DNA from: Batkoa obscura | Lineage: Eukaryota | Reading direction: 5' to 3' | DNA length: 64,000 nucleotides | Assembly: GCA_030770535.1 (NCBI GenBank) | Contig: JASVEC010000014.1 | Span: 124,001-188,000, forward strand | Shown: in pieces, positions 56,266-64,000 of the stretch | Position numbering within the stretch: the first letter of the stretch is position 1 | Layout: every line of letters begins with the position of its first letter | Made by a program: the position numbers and the translations under genes | The notes under the pieces: generated by a model | The model's input: the letters and a program-made list of their open reading frames with translations, nothing else | Databases searched by the model: none | What the model was told of the DNA's origin: nothing

Positions 56266-56398
56266 TATAAAAAGCACTTTTCTGATGTCAGCAGGTATTT
56301 TTCATAAACTCAAAATCGAGTTTGATTTGTTACTTATTCTAAGTAGAATATTAAAATGAAAAAGTAAGATTGGGTTTTGAGAGTTATTTAAATAAAAT

Positions 56399-57027
56399 AT
56401 GGCCAAAGGTAGGTTACTAAATACAAATAGAGGATGGAATAAACTAATTCACTTTAAATTAAAGTACCAAGAAGCTTTAGATTACTGGAAGAGTTAGAAA
56501 AAGGAGAGAAAGGGATTGGAGATGGCGCTTGTTCTTATGGGCTTGCTGATGGTGATGATATGAACCTCACTAACTGGTTTGGAACCATTTTAGGACCGGT
56601 TAACGTTAGTCTAATATTGATTTATATGATGTTATTATAGATCTAACATTTTTAATAGTCGGCTCATATAAACCGCATTTATAACTTAAGAATTGTTTGT
56701 GGTCCAAACTACCCAGATGCTCCTCCAGAGTTATATTTCATCTCCAAAATTAACATGACTTGTGTGAACCAACAAAATGGAAGGGTAAGTTACTTTGATA
56801 CGTGGTTTAATAAAAAAAAAAATTAAATAATAAAAATTAGGTAGAGCCAAGTAAGCTTGGATGTTTAGCAAACTGGAGGCGTGATTTTAGTTTAGAGACT
56901 GTACTCACTGAATTAAGAAGGTAATGAAAAATAAAATTTAAGCAACATTACTAATTTAATTTATAGAGAAATGGCAGGAGCTCATAATCGTAAACTACCC
57001 CAGCCTGATGAAGGTCAAGAATTTTAA
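56399..57027 (+). CDS. MMS2: Ubiquitin-conjugating enzyme variant MMS2/UEV1, 5 exons
   Basis: [61 protein letters not shown]. Confidence 0.96.
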
Positions 57028-57837
57028 CATAAATGGTATAATGTTTTTTTAAAACTTTATTTGTTTCTTGGTTTTATGACTTTTGATTTTGTTTAAGAAT
57101 TTATTTCTAAGTAATGAATTAAAAACGATGATAATTAATATTATGTTTCTACTTCAACTACTATACCCATATATTATTTTTTATTAAATTAAGGGTATTT
57201 TCATATTAGGTTAGTATTATTTTTTGTATAATCAGACTTTAGGCAAGCTAGGTTGGTGAAAGTAGAAAAGTTTTAAGCCATGTATCATCGCCATAAATAA
57301 TAATATCATTCAATTTATAGTTTAGATTGAATAAGCGTTGGTATTAAATACAATAAGTATTATAATCAGTCACCAATACATAGTATATTGCTTTGATTAA
57401 TCAATATTTGGTTTGAATAGGTTTTTTAAATACTCAAAAGTTGAAATGAAATAAATCAAGTGACTTAACTTAATTACTGGTAGTATGGATAATAGCAAAT
57501 TATTCTAGTGTACAATGAGATATTTAACATATCAACTGATAGAGCTATTAAGAGATACGACAAAGCAGTTGAAACTTAAAATGTTTATAATCTAGGTAAC
57601 TGGTTTATACATAAGTGTAATAAAATACTTTCGAAATGATAAATAAATAAATTTGATTAAAATGTAAAATTACAATGGAAAAAATATATCACTAGAAAAC
57701 AATGAAAAAATAAAAAAATATTAATAGTGTTAAAGCATTATTATATTAGGTAATTAGTATAAGATAAATAAAAATAAAGCCACCAAAAACATCAAGTGGT
57801 GGACAAAACTCAATTCAAATTTCACTTTTAAACTAGA

Positions 57838-59574
57838 TTATTCAGTTTTAGGATGGTAATCTGCCATATGGGAAGCTGCATATTCCTGTAACAGAGGTTT
57901 CAAATCACTGTTGTTTTTGATTGAATTTGTAATAAAGGCCAAGAAGCGTTGCCCATAAGAAGTAGGATTGACACAAGAAATCTCATCATCCTTATGATTG
58001 ATCGTTTTGAAAAAGTGTTCCACCCTCTTTTTCATTGAATACGGTGTCATAATATCAATAATTCCCATACAATACAAGCTAGACGTAGGGACATCATTTT
58101 CATCTGTGGAAATAAACCCACCTTCATCACGATAAAATATACATTGTAATCTTTCCCCACTGACTTCTTCGGGTAATTGATGTGAAGTCCCAGCTGGTGC
58201 AGCTTCATTTAATGCTATTGGGTCTGCAGAAACCACCTGTTGTTTTAATTCTGTTGGATCCTTGTATTTTTTTTTTGTAGAGCCCGTTTTAACTGTTGGG
58301 TCAAAAACGGACAAAGTAGCTTGACGAAGCCCATCTCGATTACCCCTTTCTAAATTATGAATTCCAATCAATAGTGAGTAGTCCATGATATTATGTCGTG
58401 CTAAAAAATCGGCGTCTGAACATAATTGCTGAAAAAGAATATGCCTTTTCTGAGGTCCTAGCTCTAATTGTCTTTCTTGTTTGAGCCAATTAAGATCCTT
58501 AAGTACAACAGGTAAACCTGATTCTGAAGCTATTTTTTCATCAAGATATCTGCCATATGTCGATCCCTTCAAATCAAACATGGCGTGAATATCCTTGGTT
58601 GAAGGCAGAACATTCGCCATCACCACAAAATGTATCTTCCTAGAGCTTGGCATCTTGACACGATGTAAGCCATAAATTCTACTCAGCAAAGTATTTGGGT
58701 TAGCTTTCACATGCTCATAATAACCAGGCAAAATTTTACGGAAGAATTTATGCTCTGAGTAATGAACTGTTTTTATAATGAACCGAAAATCTTGAGAATA
58801 GTAAAAAAAACTACCGCTTTTTCCAGGTGTATTAAGTTCTGATAAGATATATTTTAGCGTGAGCGATATTAAATATTCTGCTGGATCCACGCCGAATAGA
58901 TCTCTCAAAGACCGAAATACCCATGGTGAATAGTCTTTAAACTTAAAATCATATTTTGATGAAGGTGTCAGCTCATTTCCAGTTATGTCAAATGCTAATT
59001 TATTAGCGGATACAAAATCCTCTTTAACTAATGGCCTTTTCAATTTTGCAGTACAACGAGAAACCTAAATAAGTTAATGAGTTGAACTAAAAGCTACATT
59101 AATAATTACCGAAACCCTAATTCCAGTAAGCATGTTATACATCAGCTCAAAGTTATTATGCTCTTCCCCAACTTTTGTTCCATATCTTGCTATATTATTA
59201 TTAGCATTTACTGTATCTTTACGTGACCTTGAACGGGTAAATAGTCTTGGAGGACTTTTTTTTGAAACAGGATCAACGATTGGTTTACTATGTGGAATAG
59301 TAGTTAACGTATTGTGTCTGATCATCTTTGCTTTTAAATTTTCAGGATTGATATTAGTTGTCAAAGAAGCAGCAGTAGCGGTTGAAATTTCTGCTTGGTC
59401 CGTTATTCTATCATCAAGCAACATTGGCTTTTGTTTTTTCTCAAGATAGAACGATTGAGTGTGTTGTGGCATTGTTGGCCTAACTTTGTTATTGGCGCCC
59501 TCTTCTATAAAAGAAACTTGCGTTTTTTTTACTTGGGAATCAGACGCTATATCTAGAACATGCACATTGATCAT
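57838..59574 (-). CDS. MSS4: Phosphatidylinositol-4-phosphate 5-kinase, 2 exons
   Basis: MYNMLTGIRVS|VSRC, FKFKDYSPWVF, PGKSGSFFYYS, FDLKGST, MDYSLLIG, GIIDIM. Confidence 0.96.
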
Positions 59575-60575
59575 TTATAAGAAAAGAAAGTTAACTAAAT
59601 CATTAAACTTCAAACGTTTAATTGAGTTTGTGTTTATTTGATTGTTAGTGATTTTTAAAGAAGGAATTTTAATCTAAGTTAATTTTTTTGATTGGCTAAA
59701 TTGATTTCATGGAAGCTTTAATTGGGTTTAGGTAGTTTCTTTTTTTAAAAGTTTATGTGGTCATAATTGCTGAACTATTAATTAACATTTGAAATAAACT
59801 GTTAAAATTTGTTATTTCACTTTTAGGTTTCTATCCAGAATTTTGTTTTAGAACCTACCCTCAAATAATTTTATTTTTAAGCAATTTGGTTTATAGTGTA
59901 AACATCTCCTTAATAATAATATCAAGGTTCCAGAAATAAAATTCATTATTCGCGATACATTATAGTTTACAGAATTGGCATTTGACTTTTGAAGAAGTTT
60001 CATTTTTATGAAATTTTTTTGGAAATTATTTAGAAGCTTTCAAAAAACTTTTCTTATTTTATAAGTTTATATTTATTACAATTCTATTGCGAATTAATTT
60101 GCAGAAAGTTATAGGCCAAGTATTTTTTGGTCAGCTTTTTTAATGGCTATTGGGTTGTTTAAAATGTTCCAGTGTGAATTCTTACATATAGAAATCGCCA
60201 ATTAGCCATTGGTTACAGCACTGCTAAAGAATTCATAGTTGATACTTTCATTTTTGCATTCAAAAAAATACTTTCGCAGCCAAAGATAGCACAGTCTTCT
60301 ATATGCATGGGTTTGTTACTGGAAGATTTCGAACAACCTAGCATTAAAATTTTTATTTTTAAATGAACGGCTAGTTAAGCCATAATATAGCTGCAGGATA
60401 TATGATTTTTTAAAAAGGTCAAGTGAAATTTGCCTTAAAAATAAAATCAAATGAACAAAATACGAATCAAGCCAATAAAACAAGACAAAAGTAAACTGAA
60501 TGCAAAGTCATCATAATTTTTTTACTTACGCTTAGTTCCTTTTGATTCTTTCAAAATTGCATCACCTCAATTAAA

Positions 60576-63500
60576 ATGGACAATAGTGATACAAAAAGGT
60601 TCAAAAGAAGCAGTCTAGCAGAGCTATATGCAACAAATAGTGAGGAATCTAAGACTGCTGAGCCCACAAAAGAAAACGGAAATGAAATTAGCCAATATCA
60701 AAATATTGTTGATGTGGATCGCTTGAGAAACAATTCAAGTGATTTAAATCTCGATGGAAATGGTCATTTCAAAAACCATAAAGCTTTAGAAATTGAACCA
60801 GAGATTGTCAGCTCTCAAATATCTTTGGTAGAATTTGGCGGATTTACAAATGCTTCGAATATCACAGAAGTTGCTAAAAATTCATCTAATGTTAATTCTG
60901 AAGACGACAGGGATCAAAATAGAATAAATATCAAAAAAGAACAGAAAGCAATGAACTCCCAATTATCCCCATCAGAGTTTGATTGGTTTACAAACGCTTC
61001 AAATATTATAGATGTTGGAAATTTACTTGAAGATAAATCTATAGACAATGATGATGCATTTAACACAAAGCTAATAAACATCGTAAAGAACAAAGGTAAA
61101 GCTGAGAAACGAAGCTTATATGAAGAACTGATCGATCAACTCAAAACCGTCCAAGAAGACGTACTTGAAACTTATTCAGGATTCACAGATGCTAATAAGG
61201 TTATAGTTGTTAACGAAAATTCAAATAACGAAATTAGCCATATCGATAATAATCTTGAAATCAGTGGATTTAACAATCTGTTATCACAAAATTCAGAAAA
61301 TTCACAGGAAGTAGGTAGTGCTCCTAAAATAGACATTTATAAAATATTAGATGAGTTCGATTTCGAAGAGACGGAAGCGACATTAGGAGAATTTGGGGGC
61401 TTTTCATCAGCAAACATTCAAAATACAGGCAACAATGGAAATCACGATTTGCCAGAGTTAGCTCAACAGCTAACCTCTCAGGTTATAGAAAACAATACCC
61501 AGAATAACTTTTTAAATAGACTATTTCAGGACTCTAATTTAGAGCAAGATGATAATCTACTTGGGGATACTTCTTTCAATCTATCTTCTGGAAAAGTGCC
61601 CGAGTTAACACATGATTTTAACACAACATTTGATAGTACCTTTTTGTCAGCTGAACATAACACTTCACAACCTACGGAGCTAGCCTCACAGTCACCAAAT
61701 AAGAAGGACTTATTTGGTAGGATGAATGGTACAATAATAATCCTATAATGTTTTAAACTTATATTTTATTAGTTTTAACTTCGACTCAAATGAGTGATCC
61801 GATTCAAAATGGAAAGGACTCGCAAATTAAAGAAGTGCTTTCAAATGATTTTACTGCAGAGCAATTTAATATGGACAGTAGTAAAATAGTTTTAAATGGT
61901 AATTTAAATACAGCAAATAATTATACAAATGAAATCCATTCGCAGTTATCATTAGGTACTAGCAGTCAGAGTAACTATTTTTTAAATATTTTTTTACAAT
62001 AACATTTACACGGAATTTAAAAAGGATGTTTATATAGCCATACACTAAAAAATGAGAATAATTCAAAACTAGGTTTAATTCTTGAAATCCTTGATAATGA
62101 AGCACTTCAACTTCCTTTAGATAACATTAGTAGCTTGACTGAATTTATTGAAAATCCAGCTATAGAAGTCTCAAAATCAACCATCTTGAACTTCATCGAC
62201 CTATCTGAAGTGAGCACATCCACAAGTGGTTTTGAAAAATTGAGCAAGATTTATGTTTGTGACATTAAAACTATAGAAGATGCCAAGAAGGTGCAATTTA
62301 GACTACCATCTGGAAACAAACCTTGGGGCTTAGCTGATGTAACTCGATGTTTTGATGGAATGCAATTTATTCATGTTGAAAAAGAGGATTGGATAAAGAA
62401 CCATTACTCACACATTGTTTGGAACATATTTAACTTGGTACGTTATTTTCCAAAATTAATACAAGCTGATGAGAATTATCCAGAAATTGTACACAAGCAG
62501 CTTAAAGTAAGATACAGAAATGAGGTAAGAGACCATATGAGTTTGTGTTTAAAGAGTATCGTTGAGAATCAAACTTCCTTGCAAAGTAATATAATAGTGT
62601 TTATTAGTGAAATCATTCGAGGTGCTGACTTTAGCGGTGCAAGACCTCATTTTTATATTTCAGATGGATGGTATAGTATTAAATGTGAGTTGGATGAGCC
62701 GCTCAGGAATTCATTATTAAACAATGAGTTTCAGTTGGGACAAAAAATTGAAATTACTGGTGCGATCCTTCAGTCATCGGGTTCTGTACCCATTTTAGAG
62801 AGTAAAGACAAGCTGAGCTTAAAACTGAGCTCAAATGGGACAAGAAAAGCATGTTGGTCTAGAAAAATTGGACATCAACCTTACAATTGGTTTATCAAAG
62901 AGATCAAAGACATTAAATTAAATGGTGATATAATACCATGTACTTTTGGTAGAATCATAAGAAAACACCCATTTAAGATAATGATAAGATCAAAATCAGA
63001 TGGAAAATCGACTATTCGTACTTACGAAGAAGAATTGGCTCTTAAGGAAAGCACTGATATGGATGAATCGGAGGATTTGACAGAAAATGAGGTAAGTTGT
63101 ACTCATGATATAGTAATATGAATTCATAAATAATAAATAGTTTACTCCTTTTTGCGCATTAAGAATAATTGATAAAAATAATACAGAAGCGCAAATAACG
63201 CTATGGAATATATCATTTGAAACATATAACGATTTCAAAGAAGGGGAAAATTACTGTGTAAAACTATTTTCATTATTATCAAGTTAATAATTAAACTTTG
63301 TTAGTTTTATAACCTTATTCCAAAAAGAAGTAAAGACAGGCATAAATTCAACTACCATAGTGTGTTACAATTAAATTCAACAATCAGTACAAAATGCGTT
63401 AATACAAAAGGGAGTGCTTTGAATAGTCATTATAATCCTGCGCTTGGAAAACAGTTAAGTACTATTACTTCGTTAGAAAGCCTTGAGAAAGGAAGTAACG

Positions 63501-64000
63501 TGGATATGTGCGTACTTTATTTAGGTAAGTTATATATGATGTAATGAATAATCTTACTTATAACTTTTGTAAAGGTAAACATTTGAATGGATGTGCATTT
63601 ATTGATCAATCAAAACGTATCTTGGTAATAATGAATTCATCACTAAGAATCGATGAGGCGAATAAGTTAAAAGTAAGAAACAAAAAAATAATCATACTTT
63701 AACAATATTAACAATATATTCTTTAGCCAAGCCATGTATATATATTAGAAAACATTTCTGTTAGTCACTATCATGCTAAGTTTGATCTGCAAGAAGCGGA
63801 TTTTAATTTTCATTCTTACGTGTCTACAAACAATTTTAATCAAGTACAACGTAATGCTTTTGAGATACTTGAAAGTTACTTTAATAAGTAAGATTATGTT
63901 AGCATAATAATAATACAAAAATTAATATTTTATAGATATCATTATTTTATATATAAAGAATTGGGAAATAAAATAGAAATGATCAAGCAGGGCACAAGCC
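60576..64000 (+). CDS. BRCA2: BRCA2/Brh2 homolog, multi-exon, may run off the window
   Basis: FxxA BRC-like motifs; helical domain WIKNHYSHIVW; OB1 ISDGWYSIKC, LSSNGTRKACWSRKIG; OB2 TLWNIS..EGENY; OB3-like NVDMCVLYL. Confidence 0.9.

Overview
Very AT-rich eukaryotic DNA with many short (~40-60 nt) GT-AG introns. The gene content (BRCA2, WD40-type ATG16, INSIG, taspase, DDX20-like helicase, secreted proteases) suggests an early-diverging fungus, possibly Zoopagomycota/Entomophthoromycotina (inference). Conserved genes: HAP2/NF-YA, cyclophilin, RIB5, a divergent Skp1 paralog, DEAD-box helicase, lipin, two paralogous P450s, an alpha/beta hydrolase, CBF1-like bHLH, UBC6, S10 carboxypeptidase, S8 subtilase, INSIG, POLD3/Pol32, ATG16L, taspase-1, MMS2, MSS4 and BRCA2. 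Main points of interest: (1) a DNA-transposon family with two tandem ~2.4 kb Sola-like DDD-transposase elements, a third relic, ~20 copies of a ~100 bp MITE and one 272 bp MITE, all with GGG-type ends; the MITEs have 4-bp AT-rich target duplications, shown directly by one filled/empty site pair; (2) an identical frame break in both transposase copies; (3) three solo LTRs, two nested in the Sola-like elements; (4) a three-member family of small secreted prepro-proteins (Kex2-like KR site, hydrophobic Cys hairpin, coiled coil), one a pseudogene; (5) a BRCA2 with degenerate BRC repeats and an apparently missing Tower insertion. Exon boundaries were read by eye and no database searches were run.
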